Source of the DNA: Thermoanaerobaculia bacterium
Lineage (GTDB): Bacteria; Acidobacteriota; Thermoanaerobaculia; Multivoradales; UBA5704
Reading direction: 5' to 3'
Assembly: GCA_044226625.1 (NCBI GenBank)
Contig: JBGAGQ010000078.1
Span: 1 to 27,949 of the forward strand
Length of the DNA: 27,949 nucleotides
The position numbers and the translations under genes are program-made. Position 1 is the stretch's first letter, and every line of letters begins with the position of its first letter. Positions 16,946 through 25,739 of the stretch are shown one piece after another. A model generated the notes under the pieces. That model saw only the letters and a list, made by a program, of their open reading frames with translations. It did not search any database and was not told where the DNA came from.

Positions 16946-17596
16946 CTACCCGGGAAGCAACGCCCGCGCCCCGACCCAGATCCACCAGAGGCCGACGCCG
17001 CGGAAAATCCAGAGCAGGTTTCTGACACCCAACAGGAAGAAATTATGTGCCGGAAAAGGGACCGAAAGCGGTGCTCGCTCGCTCTGACCGAGGTATCCCC
17101 AGGCGCCTAGATTCACTGAGATCCCCACCGCGAGCTGGAAGATCGCCGTTACCCCCGCGAGCGCCGCCGCTCGCCCGAACGCTGCGGCGGCGAGCGCGGC
17201 GAGAAGGCCGAGCAGCGGCAGGAAGATGCCGACCCGTAACGGCAGCTTGATCCGATCGATCCAGGAGATGAAGCGGGCGGCGGGCTCGCGGTGCGCCGGA
17301 CAGCAGCGGGCGACGAGGCGCTCGGAGCCGGCCAGTAGCTCGAGGTCGACCGCCGGCCGCCGGGTGAGCAGGGCGTTGCACCAGAAGCATTTCGCCGTGC
17401 GTGCCCGGGCGGCCCAGGGGCGGGCGATCAGGCGATGCCCGGGAATGAGGAGGACACCGACGAGCAGGCTCGCGCCGATCGGGCGCGGATGGCGGACGAG
17501 CAGGAAAAGGACGAGCGGGATGAACAGGAACAGCAGCAGCCCGAGCCCCTGCGCGTACCAGCGCGAGACGGGGGCGGGCGCCGTCGCCTCGGTCAT
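16946..17596 (-). CDS. Hypothetical membrane protein with CxxC...CCxxH loop
   Basis: Several hydrophobic helices; CFWCN and RCCPAH motifs. Confidence 0.75.
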   Translation of the reverse strand: MTEATAPAPVSRWYAQGLGLLLFLFIPLVLFLLVRHPRPIGASLLVGVLLIPGHRLIARPWAARARTAKCFWCNALLTRRPAVDLELLAGSERLVARCCPAHREPAARFISWIDRIKLPLRVGIFLPLLGLLAALAAAAFGRAAALAGVTAIFQLAVGISVNLGAWGYLGQSERAPLSVPFPAHNFFLLGVRNLLWIFRGVGLWWIWVGARALLPG

Positions 17597-17601
17597 CCGG
17601 A

Positions 17602-18330
17602 TCAGAGCCCTTCGAGGGCGGCGACGTCGACCTCGGAATCGGTCTGCCGATAGAAACCGGAGCCGTTGACGTTCTGACCCATGCCGCAGGCGGGGCCGGA
17701 GGCGCCTTGCTCGACCCGCACGTTGCGCCCGCTGAAGTCGAAGGCGATCCGGCAGCCGTCGGTCTCGTAGACCGCCGCGTCGCCGTTCATGCGCATGGTT
17801 CCGGTGACCACCCCAGTGTTGGCGAACGACGGATCGCTCCCTTCGGGGACCCAGAACGCGGAGAGGCGGAAGCGAATCCGCTGGCCGGGCAGGAGGAGGA
17901 TCGTCAGCCGGTTGGTGAGGCGACCGGTAAACGCCTCGTAGGTGCCCGACGTGCCGTCGTCCGGCGAGGAGTCGGCGTCGAGGGTGAAGGGCAACGGGCG
18001 CGAGCTCGAATCGGCGCCGGTCCAGTTGCCGGAGAAGACCTTCCCCTTCCAGGTGCCTTGGAATTGGCCCGTCCGCTCGCCTCCTTCGCCCACCTGCGAG
18101 AGGCGGACGTCGTTGCCCTGGGCGGTGCCCTCGAGGCGGATCGGCTCGCCCACCGCCTCGTAGAGGTAGACGCCGGTGATCCGGTCGCCGTCGCGGATCA
18201 GCGTCATGCGCAGCATCTGTTTGCCGTCGAAGGCCCCGCGGAAGTGAGTGCGTCTCTCGCGCGCAACGGCGGGCAGCGAGATCGCGAGGAGGAGCAGGAG
18301 GGCGGCGAGGATTCTCGAACGGTCGGTCAT
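17602..18330 (-). CDS. Hypothetical secreted beta-rich protein
   Basis: Signal peptide MTDRSRILAALLLLLAISLPAVA; ITGVYLY...IRLEG, FSGNWT; two C-terminal Cys. Confidence 0.78.
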   Translation of the reverse strand: MTDRSRILAALLLLLAISLPAVARERRTHFRGAFDGKQMLRMTLIRDGDRITGVYLYEAVGEPIRLEGTAQGNDVRLSQVGEGGERTGQFQGTWKGKVFSGNWTGADSSSRPLPFTLDADSSPDDGTSGTYEAFTGRLTNRLTILLLPGQRIRFRLSAFWVPEGSDPSFANTGVVTGTMRMNGDAAVYETDGCRIAFDFSGRNVRVEQGASGPACGMGQNVNGSGFYRQTDSEVDVAALEGL

Positions 18331-18600
18331 GCCTCTAGCTCCCGTGATTGGTCCCGGAGCATTCCGGTTCCTTTGGACGTACCGCCGACACAAAGGGTCA
18401 GATGGCAAATTTTGTTCTCGCTGGGCGCGAAGCGCAAGGGGGCGCGGACGCGCCTTCCTCGGATCTTCGGAGGACGCGGCATCGACGCAAGAGCGCATGT
18501 AAAAGAGCTTTGCGCGGCCAGCACGGCTCGCGACGCCTTTCGGAAGGGGGCCACGCCCCGCGCGTGCTACGATTTTTGCCGTTCGATCCGGACCACCATC

Positions 18601-19842
18601 ATGGACACTTCACGAGCAATCTCTCGGCCGAAGCGCGGCGGCGGCATGGGATGCCTCGTCGCGTTCTTCGCCCTGTTCCTGCTCGTGGGGTTCGCCCTCA
18701 CCCCGTTCCTCGCCTGGCCGATCGCGCGCACGATCGGCGCGCGATCCTGGCGCGCGGTTCCGTGCACGATCCTCGCGAGCGGGGTCAAGGAGCATTCCGG
18801 AAGCGACGGCTCGACCTACAGCGTCGAGGTCCGCTACGAGTATGAGGTCGACGGCCGCCTCTACCGGGGGGACCGGTACCGGTTCCTCGGCGGCTCGTCC
18901 TCGGGTTACGACGGCAAGGCGGGGATCGTCGCGGGATTGCCCGTCGGGAGCCGGCAGGTCTGCTACGTCGATCCGAAAGACCCGAGCCGGTCGGTGTTCA
19001 ACCGGAGCTTCGGAGCCTGGGTGTTGCTTGGACTGATTCCCGTCGGCTTGATCGGTCTCGGTCTCTGGGGGATCGTCGCGAACGTCCGCCGCCCGAAGCC
19101 GTGGAAAGGTGTCACCACGCCCTACCAGCCTGGCGGCGGCGGCGTGGTCCCTTCGGGGCCGGTCGAGTGCGCCTGGCTGCCCGAGCCGCGGGGTGAGGTC
19201 ATCCTTCCCCCAGGTGGCGTGGGCGAAGGGGCCCTGGTCCTGAAGGCGGACGCGGGGCCGGTCGGTAAGTTCGTCGGTTTGACGTTCATCGCTTTGTTCT
19301 GGAACGGGATCGTCAGCCTCTTCTTGAAGGACGTCGTCGCGGGTTGGCAGGCGGGCCATGGGGACGGCTGCCAGAGCTTGTTCCTCGTGCCGTTCGTGCT
19401 GATCGGCATCGCGCTCCTGCTCTCGATCCCGTACCAGTTCCTCGCGCTGTTCAATCCCCGCCCGCGGCTGGTCCTCGATCGATGCCGGCTCCGGCCGGGG
19501 GAACCCGCGCGCCTCTCGTGGAGCTTTTCCGGAGCCTCCGGCAGGATCCGGAAGCTGAAGATCGCGATCGAAGGGCGCGAGGAGGCGAGCTATCGGCGCG
19601 GGACGAACACCCACACCGACCGCGCGACGTTCGCGACGTTCGTCCTGTTCGATGGCGATCCCGCGCTCGGCACGGGCGAGGTCGAGGTGAAGATTCCGTC
19701 CGGCTCGATGCACTCGTTTTCGGCGTCGCACAACAAGATCGTCTGGAAGCTCGCGGTCGCGGGCGAGATCGCCCGGTGGCCCGACGTGGCGGAGGATTTC
19801 GAGCTGGTCGTCGTCCCCGAGGAACCGCGGAGGAGCGCCTGA
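18601..19842 (+). CDS. DUF3592-domain membrane protein with C-terminal arrestin/SpoOM-like beta domain
   Basis: SWRAVPCTILAS...YSVEVRYEYEVDG...CYVDPKDPSRSV between TM helices; start ATG 18601 (the longer ORF extension overlaps a real minus-strand gene). Confidence 0.85.
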   Translation: MDTSRAISRPKRGGGMGCLVAFFALFLLVGFALTPFLAWPIARTIGARSWRAVPCTILASGVKEHSGSDGSTYSVEVRYEYEVDGRLYRGDRYRFLGGSSSGYDGKAGIVAGLPVGSRQVCYVDPKDPSRSVFNRSFGAWVLLGLIPVGLIGLGLWGIVANVRRPKPWKGVTTPYQPGGGGVVPSGPVECAWLPEPRGEVILPPGGVGEGALVLKADAGPVGKFVGLTFIALFWNGIVSLFLKDVVAGWQAGHGDGCQSLFLVPFVLIGIALLLSIPYQFLALFNPRPRLVLDRCRLRPGEPARLSWSFSGASGRIRKLKIAIEGREEASYRRGTNTHTDRATFATFVLFDGDPALGTGEVEVKIPSGSMHSFSASHNKIVWKLAVAGEIARWPDVAEDFELVVVPEEPRRSA

Positions 19843-20234
19843 TGGAGTGGCTCGAGGTGACGCTACCCGGGGGACGGTCGGTGTTCGCGCCGGGCGAGGA
19901 GATCGAGGCCTCGGCGGTCTGGCAGCTCGACGAGGTCCCGAAGTCGCTCGAGCTCCGGCTGTTCTGGTACACCGAAGGCAAAGGGGACCGCGACACCGAG
20001 ATCGTCCTCTTCGAGTCGCTCGAGCCGAGAGGCAGCGGCCATCGCACCTGCCGCTTTCGCGTGCCCGAGCTCGCTCCCGCGAGCTTCTCGGGCCGGTTGG
20101 TCTCGCTCCTCTGGGCGATCGAGCTGGTGGTCGGGCCGGGCCAACGCGCCGCGCGCGCCGAGCTGGTGGTCTCGCCGACCGGCTACGAGCTGCCGCTCTA
20201 CGGCCCGGGGGGAGAGACCGACGCGAGCGCGTGA
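19842..20234 (+). CDS. Small arrestin-N/SpoOM-like beta-sandwich protein
   Basis: TGATG overlap at 19840-19844; FAPGEEI...LRLFWYTEGKGDRD...PASFSGRLVSLLWAIEL. Confidence 0.78.
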   Translation: MEWLEVTLPGGRSVFAPGEEIEASAVWQLDEVPKSLELRLFWYTEGKGDRDTEIVLFESLEPRGSGHRTCRFRVPELAPASFSGRLVSLLWAIELVVGPGQRAARAELVVSPTGYELPLYGPGGETDASA

Positions 20235-20796
20235 CAATCCCTTCCGGGTCGAGCGGGTGCACGCGCTCGACTTCCGGTTTCCCCCGGAGGGAGCCGAAGG
20301 CCTGATCGCCCGATTCGAAGCGATGGGGCGGCGCGCGGTGATCGTCGGCGCCGAAGGGAGCGGCAAGAGCACGCTGCTCGCAAATCTCGCGGCCGAGTTC
20401 GAGCGGACGGGGAGCACGGTCCGTCTCCTCGCGTTCCGGCCGGGCGAGGCCTCCGCCCGTCTCCGCGCTCCACTGCGCATGACGTCGCCGAGAGAGGTGC
20501 TGCTGCTCGATGGCTTCGACCACCTACCCCGGCTCTCTCGATTCCTGCTCCTCCAAAGCGCCGCCCGGCGAGGCGGCCTTCTGGCGACGAGCCATCGGAG
20601 AGAGCGTGCGCTCCCCTCGCTGATCGAGCTCACCCCGTCGCCGGATCTGCTCTCGGAACTGGTTCGCGATCTATTGGGTAATGAGGCCGAGCGGCTCGAT
20701 CTCGCCGAGGTCCACCGGCGCCATCGAGGGAACCTGCGCACCGCGCTCCGCGAGTTGTACGACGTCTGGGCGATGAGGGAAGGACCGGAAGGATAG
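20221..20796 (+). CDS. Small P-loop NTPase (AAA-like); start uncertain (20221 or GTG 20257)
   Basis: Walker A GAEGSGKST, Walker B LLLDGFD, LLATSH, GNLRTALRELYD. Confidence 0.8.
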   Translation, partial: TRARDNPFRVERVHALDFRFPPEGAEGLIARFEAMGRRAVIVGAEGSGKSTLLANLAAEFERTGSTVRLLAFRPGEASARLRAPLRMTSPREVLLLDGFDHLPRLSRFLLLQSAARRGGLLATSHRRERALPSLIELTPSPDLLSELVRDLLGNEAERLDLAEVHRRHRGNLRTALRELYDVWAMREGPEG

Positions 20797-20810
20797 GGGA
20801 AGAAACGCAA

Positions 20811-20841
20811 AAGGCCCGGCGGTGCCGCGCCGCCGGGCCTT
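20811..20841. terminator. Hairpin between convergent genes; likely intrinsic terminator, mainly for the minus strand
   Basis: AAGGCCCGGCGG / CCGCCGGGCCTT 12-bp stem with an A-run on the left. Confidence 0.75.
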
Positions 20842-20866
20842 CCTTACGATCGATGGACCGCGGAGA

Positions 20867-21724
20867 TCAGGCCCAGGGAAGGGTCATGACGAAGATCGTC
20901 GCGCCGACGAAGATCGCCGAGCCCGCTGCGAAGAAGCCCCAGCGGATCTTCGTCTTGAACACGAGTCCGAGGCCTGCGAAGAACAGCCCGACCGTGTAGA
21001 TCACCCCCGCGAGGTCGAACTTGTCGCCGTTGTCGTTCGCTTGGCGCCCTTCTTCGAACTTCTTGTCCGCCTCGGCGAACATCTGGTTGCCCTTTTCCAG
21101 GGCCTTGTCGATGTAGTCGTCGTCGAGCTCCTGCGTGAGAGAAGCGAAGAGGATCTCGTCGGGGATGTCGCGCTCGAGCGCGGTGTGCGCGTCGGTTTCG
21201 GGATCGCCGCTCTCGGCTTGAGGCTCGGCGTTCTCGGCGTTCGCTTCGTCGGCATCCGCGGCCTCTCCGTCGGCGGGAGCCGCCGGGGTGGCCGGTGCCG
21301 CCTGGCCTGCCGGGGTGGCGGCCTCGTCGGCCTGCTCGTCCTCGTCTTCGACGTAGTAGTCGAGCGGCAGGCCCATCGCCTTATAGCCCAGCTCGGACAT
21401 CTGGTAGCTGTACTGGTAGCTCGCGATGTCGAGATGGCGCTCGCGCGTCTGTCCGTCGGCGTCGCGCGCTTCGAGGATGTGCTCCTTGGCGGCAGCCACC
21501 GCGGCGTAGTCGGCGTTGATGGCGACGGTGTCCTCGTTGTACTGGTTTGCGGCCTTGGTGGTGAGGGCGTTCGACGAGGAGAAGGCGTCGAGCTGCTTGC
21601 CGCCCCACTGGCCGCTCTGGAGCGAAGCCAGGGCGGCGCCGACGGCGGTCAGGCCGAGGAGCACCGCGGTCGCGAGCTCGAAGAGGTCGAACGGTTTACT
21701 GGACTCGGATTCTTGGGTAGACAT
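20867..21724 (-). CDS. DUF4337-like membrane protein with acidic low-complexity insert
   Basis: ELATAVLLGLTAVGAALASLQSGQWGG; ANDNGDKFDLAGVIYTVGLFFAG; GGAGG RBS before ATG 21724. Confidence 0.8.
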   Translation of the reverse strand: MSTQESESSKPFDLFELATAVLLGLTAVGAALASLQSGQWGGKQLDAFSSSNALTTKAANQYNEDTVAINADYAAVAAAKEHILEARDADGQTRERHLDIASYQYSYQMSELGYKAMGLPLDYYVEDEDEQADEAATPAGQAAPATPAAPADGEAADADEANAENAEPQAESGDPETDAHTALERDIPDEILFASLTQELDDDYIDKALEKGNQMFAEADKKFEEGRQANDNGDKFDLAGVIYTVGLFFAGLGLVFKTKIRWGFFAAGSAIFVGATIFVMTLPWA

Positions 21725-21901
21725 CGGGCAGCGTCCTCCGGAAGGGAAGGTTCGAAAAACGACACGGACCATGGAAAAGGTCGGCCGTGATTCTACCAGC
21801 CCCCGCGCTGCCGCGACGCCTTCGTCACGCTTCCGCGACGCTTCCGATCCCCCTTTGAATCCTGAAGCGAGCCCGCCGAGTTGGAGATCCGGCGAAAGAG
21901 C

Positions 21902-22357
21902 TCAACCGGCCGCACCCGCCCCTTCGGAGGCTCGCTCGGGCTGCGAGCCTTCCGGCAGATCCTTCGGCGCGAAGAACAGCCCGTAGACGAGGAGGGCAAC
22001 GCCGAGAAACATCGGCAGCGCGCCCAGGCCGACCAGGTGGCTATCGATGTTGCCGAGGGCGATCATCAATCCGATGCCGAGCGCGAGGAGGATCAAGCCC
22101 GCGAGGCGCGCTCCCTCGCGCCGTCCGAGCCAGAGGTTCTTGCGCTCGTTCTGGAGCAGCTCGAGCAGCTTCTCCTCCGTCACGTACCCCTTTTCGACCG
22201 CTTTGCGGCCGAGCTCGTAGCGGTAATAGGCCTCGCGCTCGCGCCGGCGCTGGTGGGTGATGGTCCAGAAGGTGAGGAAGACGAACAGACCGATCGCGCT
22301 GATGACGGGAACCATCAACGCGAGGATCTGGGTCATGCCGTGGAGGAGGATCTGCAT
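21902..22357 (-). CDS. Small membrane protein (DUF6249-like), probable ECF target
   Basis: TM, then RRREREAYYRYELGRKAVEKG, then two TM; AAGGA RBS. Confidence 0.75.
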   Translation of the reverse strand: MQILLHGMTQILALMVPVISAIGLFVFLTFWTITHQRRREREAYYRYELGRKAVEKGYVTEEKLLELLQNERKNLWLGRREGARLAGLILLALGIGLMIALGNIDSHLVGLGALPMFLGVALLVYGLFFAPKDLPEGSQPERASEGAGAAG

Positions 22358-22407
22358 CGGAGAGTCCTTTCGCGTCCGGGAGCGCCGGAATTCGTCGTCA
22401 TCCGGTG

Positions 22408-22435
22408 GGACGCGGGTCCCGCAATTTCGGTTGCA
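22408..22435 (-). promoter_or_regulatory. ECF-type promoter TGCAACC-N16-CGTCC
   Basis: Minus-strand TGCAACC 22435-22429 and CGTC 22412-22409. Confidence 0.75.
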
Positions 22436-22456
22436 GCGGCCGCGCACCGAATCTCG

Positions 22457-22484
22457 TGCAACCCAGAGGCGGCTTCGCGCGTCC
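22457..22484 (+). promoter_or_regulatory. ECF-type promoter TGCAACC-N16-CGTCC (autoregulatory)
   Basis: TGCAACC 22457-22463 and CGTC 22480-22483, just before the sigma gene. Confidence 0.75.
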
Positions 22485-22492
22485 AACAGAAG

Positions 22493-23176
22493 GTGAGCTT
22501 GCTCGAGGAGCCGGGGCCGGGAGCCGAGGTGCGTGCCGATGCTGCTTCAATACGGCGCGTGCTCGCCGGGGACGCCGAGGCCTACGCGGACATCGTCCGC
22601 CGTTGGCAGCGCCCGCTCTACGAGCTCGCTTATCGCTTCAGCGGCGAAGCCGGAACGGCCGAGGAGATGGCGCAGGAGGCGCTCTTGAAGGCCTACCGTG
22701 CGCTGCCCCATTGGCGCGGAGAAGGGGCGTTTTCGACCTGGCTGTTCGCGATCGCGACGAACTCCTACCGTTCGTGGCTCCGCCGCAAGCGCCCGGCCAC
22801 GCTGCCGATCGAAGCGGCCGAGGAGGCCGCGGCGCCCTCGGACGGCGATCCGGCCGAGCGACGCGAGCGGGAGGCCTGGGTTCGCCGCGCGGTGGACGAG
22901 CTGCCGGTCCACTACCGGGAGGCGATCCACCTGTTCTACTTTCACGAGATGGACCTCGCGGCCGCGGCGGCGAGCCTGGGCGTTCCGGAAGGGACGCTCA
23001 AATCGCAGCTCCACCGCGCCCGCCAGCTGCTCGAGCGCCGACTCGCGCCGCTGGTCGGCGCAGGGACCTCGGGTCCGTCAACGAATCGGGACAAAGCGAA
23101 CCGGAGCCCGGCGAGTTGGGACGAAACCAATGGGGAGAAGCCGAGCGGAGTGAAGGAGAGGATATGCGCGACGTGA
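22493..23176 (+). CDS. ECF RNA polymerase sigma factor
   Basis: GDAEAYADIVRRWQRPLY, AEEMAQEALLKAYRAL, FSTWLFAIATN, LGVPEGTLKSQLHRARQLL; start estimated at GTG 22493. Confidence 0.93.
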   Translation: MSLLEEPGPGAEVRADAASIRRVLAGDAEAYADIVRRWQRPLYELAYRFSGEAGTAEEMAQEALLKAYRALPHWRGEGAFSTWLFAIATNSYRSWLRRKRPATLPIEAAEEAAAPSDGDPAERREREAWVRRAVDELPVHYREAIHLFYFHEMDLAAAAASLGVPEGTLKSQLHRARQLLERRLAPLVGAGTSGPSTNRDKANRSPASWDETNGEKPSGVKERICAT

Positions 23177-23613
23177 GAACCGAAGAGTCCGCTCCGACGG
23201 CGCTCGACCGGCTGTTGCTGGCCGAGCTGCGCCCGCCGGGAGAGGTGCCCGACCTCTCCAACGCGATCATGGCGCGGGTCCGCGAAGAGGCGCTCCACGT
23301 GGCCCGCCCTATCGGCCAGATGTCCGGACAGTCTCCGTTCGTCGGCACGATACCCCCCTGGCGGGGAAGCTCCCGTCCGATCGCGCCGCCGCCCCTTTCC
23401 GGAAGCGTCGTGGTGCGGCCAGCGCTCTCGATCCTCGGCGGCTTCTCACTCGCCGTGGTCGCCCTCCTCCTCTGGAGCGGTACCCCGTCCGGAGAACGTT
23501 GGCTCTCCGTGCTCGGCGCCGCGGTCGACAGCCCGCTCTTTCTCTGGGTCGCCGGAACCCTCGCCGCTTCCGCGGCGGCGATCGCCGTCCCGATGGTCTG
23601 GATGGACGCCTGA
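23164..23613 (+). CDS. Putative membrane anti-sigma factor
   Basis: AAGGAG RBS; overlaps the sigma stop; PDLSNAIMARV motif; two C-terminal TM helices. Confidence 0.72.
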   Translation: MRDVRTEESAPTALDRLLLAELRPPGEVPDLSNAIMARVREEALHVARPIGQMSGQSPFVGTIPPWRGSSRPIAPPPLSGSVVVRPALSILGGFSLAVVALLLWSGTPSGERWLSVLGAAVDSPLFLWVAGTLAASAAAIAVPMVWMDA

Positions 23614-23674
23614 GGCGGGTTCGAAGGGGCGACGGTCCGTTCGCGCGATTGGATCAGGAGCGCGCGGTCTTAGC

Positions 23675-25147
23675 TCAGAGCTCTTCGAGCGCGAGCGCAA
23701 GCTGCCTCACACCGCGCCGGATCTCTTTCGGCTCGATCGAGGCGAAGCCGAGCTGGAGACCTGGCCGGGCGACGGCGCCTCGGGTGTAACGGCTCAACGG
23801 CGTGACCTCGACGCCGCGGCGTAGGGCCGCCTCTGCGGCGGCCTCGTCGGAGAGGCCCGGCGCGAGCCAGCCGGCGGTCTGGAGCCCCGCCTCGACCTCG
23901 GAGATCTCGAGCACTCCGCCGAGGCGCTCGCGCGCCGCCGCCAGCAGGGTCGCCGAGCGCTCGGCGTAGATCTCGCGCATGCGGCGGACATGGCGGCCGA
24001 AATGCCCTTCGGCGATGAAATCGGTGAGGACCGCCTGCTCGAGGAGCGGCGCGTGCCGGGCGCCGAGCGAGCGGACCGCGGCGACCGTCTCGACGAGGGA
24101 GGCGGGTACCACGAGATATCCGAGCCGGAGCGAGGGGAACAGGACCTTGCTCAAGCTGCCGGTGAACGACACCAGGCCGTGCCGGTCGAGCCCTTGCAGG
24201 GCGGGGAGCGGCCGGCCGGAGTAGCGGTACTCGCTGTCGTAGTCGTCTTCGAGGATCGCCGCGCCCGTCGTCCGTGCCCATTCGAGCAGGGCGAGGCGAC
24301 GGGGGAGGCTCATCGCGATTCCGGTGGGAAACTGATGCCCCGGCGTGAGGTAGACGAGCCGGGCGTTGGCCTGCCGCGCGCCCGGAACGACCATCCCCTC
24401 GCCGTCGAGTGGTAGGGCCTGAATCTTGGCGCCGATCGCTTCGAACGCGAGCGCGGCGCCCGGATAGCCCGGGTTTTCCATGCAAACCCGGTCGCCCGGA
24501 TCCAGGAAGATCCGGCCGGCTAGATCGATGGCCTCTTGGGTGCCCGAGACGACCGCGATCTGCTCCGGCGCGCAGCGAACTCCACGGGAGGCGCCGAGAT
24601 ATTCGGCGAGCGCCTCTTGGAGCGGCGGATACCCGAGCGGGCCGCATCCGCGCAGCAGGCTCGCCGAGGCGTTGCGGTGCCGGCGCGCGACGAGCTGCGC
24701 CCAAAGAGCCACGGGGAACAGGTCGAGCGCCGGGAGATTGGTGCGGAAAGCGCGTGGGACGCTCGCCTCCAACCCCGAGAACTCGCGAGCGCGGCGCGCG
24801 AAGGCGGAGAGCCGGAGGCTGGGCGGGCGTCTCGACTCGGGGGCGCTCCGGCGCCGCGCGTCGACTTCGAGCAGCGTGTCCGGAAGGACGTGGTTCACGT
24901 AGGTTCCGGAGCCCACGGTCCCGGCGACATACCCCTCCGCCGCGAGCTCCTCGAAGGCCGCCACGATCGTGCCGCGCGAGAGACCGGTCTGCGTGGCGAG
25001 ATCGCGCGTGGCCGGCAGGCGCGCCCCGGGACGGAGCCGTCCGGCGAGGATCTCGGCGCGCAACGCGTCGGCGAGCCACCGCGCGGCGGGCTCCCCGGGG
25101 TCCCGCGGCGGCAGGGCGAGCAGCGGCGCGGAAATCGTCTTCGCCAT
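23675..25147 (-). CDS. MocR/GabR-family regulator (GntR HTH + PLP aminotransferase domain)
   Basis: LRPGARLPATRDLA...SRGTIVAAFEELAAEGY; YLTPGHQFPTG; EDDYDSEY; GSLSKVLFPSLRLGY. Confidence 0.96.
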   Translation of the reverse strand: MAKTISAPLLALPPRDPGEPAARWLADALRAEILAGRLRPGARLPATRDLATQTGLSRGTIVAAFEELAAEGYVAGTVGSGTYVNHVLPDTLLEVDARRRSAPESRRPPSLRLSAFARRAREFSGLEASVPRAFRTNLPALDLFPVALWAQLVARRHRNASASLLRGCGPLGYPPLQEALAEYLGASRGVRCAPEQIAVVSGTQEAIDLAGRIFLDPGDRVCMENPGYPGAALAFEAIGAKIQALPLDGEGMVVPGARQANARLVYLTPGHQFPTGIAMSLPRRLALLEWARTTGAAILEDDYDSEYRYSGRPLPALQGLDRHGLVSFTGSLSKVLFPSLRLGYLVVPASLVETVAAVRSLGARHAPLLEQAVLTDFIAEGHFGRHVRRMREIYAERSATLLAAARERLGGVLEISEVEAGLQTAGWLAPGLSDEAAAEAALRRGVEVTPLSRYTRGAVARPGLQLGFASIEPKEIRRGVRQLALALEEL

Positions 25148-25167
25148 GTGGGCCCCTTCCCTCGCTC

Positions 25168-25216
25168 AAATTGGTCCAGTCAATTTATCCTAAATGGAGC
25201 TGTTCGAGGTACCACT
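25168..25216. promoter_or_regulatory. Probable MocR-family operator in divergent promoter
   Basis: AT-rich AAATTGGTCCAGTCAATTT dyad followed by AAATGG...CCA. Confidence 0.55.
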
Positions 25217-25270
25217 CGAGCGGTACGCTCCTCCCCGTCGACGAGATCCGCAACCGACGGGAGAACGAAC

Positions 25271-25738
25271 ATGAAACCTCGATTCAACTACGCCAAAGTC
25301 GCCCCCGGCATCTACGAAGCGATGGACGCCCTGGACACCTATCTCGCCTCCTGCGGGTTGGAGGAGAAGCTGCTGCACCTGGTCCGGTTGCGCGCCTCGC
25401 AGCTGAACGGCTGCGCTTACTGCCTCGACATGCATTGGAAGGACCTGCGCGCGCTTTCTGAGAGCGAGCAACGCCTCTACTCGCTCGACGCCTGGCGCGA
25501 GACGCCGTTCTATTCGGACCGGGAGCGCGCGGCGCTCGCCTGGACCGAGGCCGTGACGCGCGTCGCCGACGGCCACGTACCGGATGCGGCCCACGACGAG
25601 GCGCGGGCCCAGCTCGACGAGGGAGAGCTCGCCAAGCTCACGCTCGCGGTCGCCGCCATCAACGCCTGGAATCGCCTCTCGATCGCCGCGCGGCTCATGC
25701 CGGGCGGCTATTCCCCGGCAGCCCCGGTAGGAGCTTGA
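25271..25738 (+). CDS. Carboxymuconolactone decarboxylase/AhpD-family alkylhydroperoxidase
   Basis: LVRLRASQLNGCAYCLDMH, AWRETPFYSDRERAALAWTEAVT, INAWNRL; GGGAG RBS. Confidence 0.95.
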   Translation: MKPRFNYAKVAPGIYEAMDALDTYLASCGLEEKLLHLVRLRASQLNGCAYCLDMHWKDLRALSESEQRLYSLDAWRETPFYSDRERAALAWTEAVTRVADGHVPDAAHDEARAQLDEGELAKLTLAVAAINAWNRLSIAARLMPGGYSPAAPVGA

Positions 25739-25739
25739 G

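Noticed and set aside
21200-21350. Acidic Ala/Pro-rich segment in the DUF4337-like gene as a repeat element
   Set aside because: In-frame low-complexity linker without nucleotide-level periodicity
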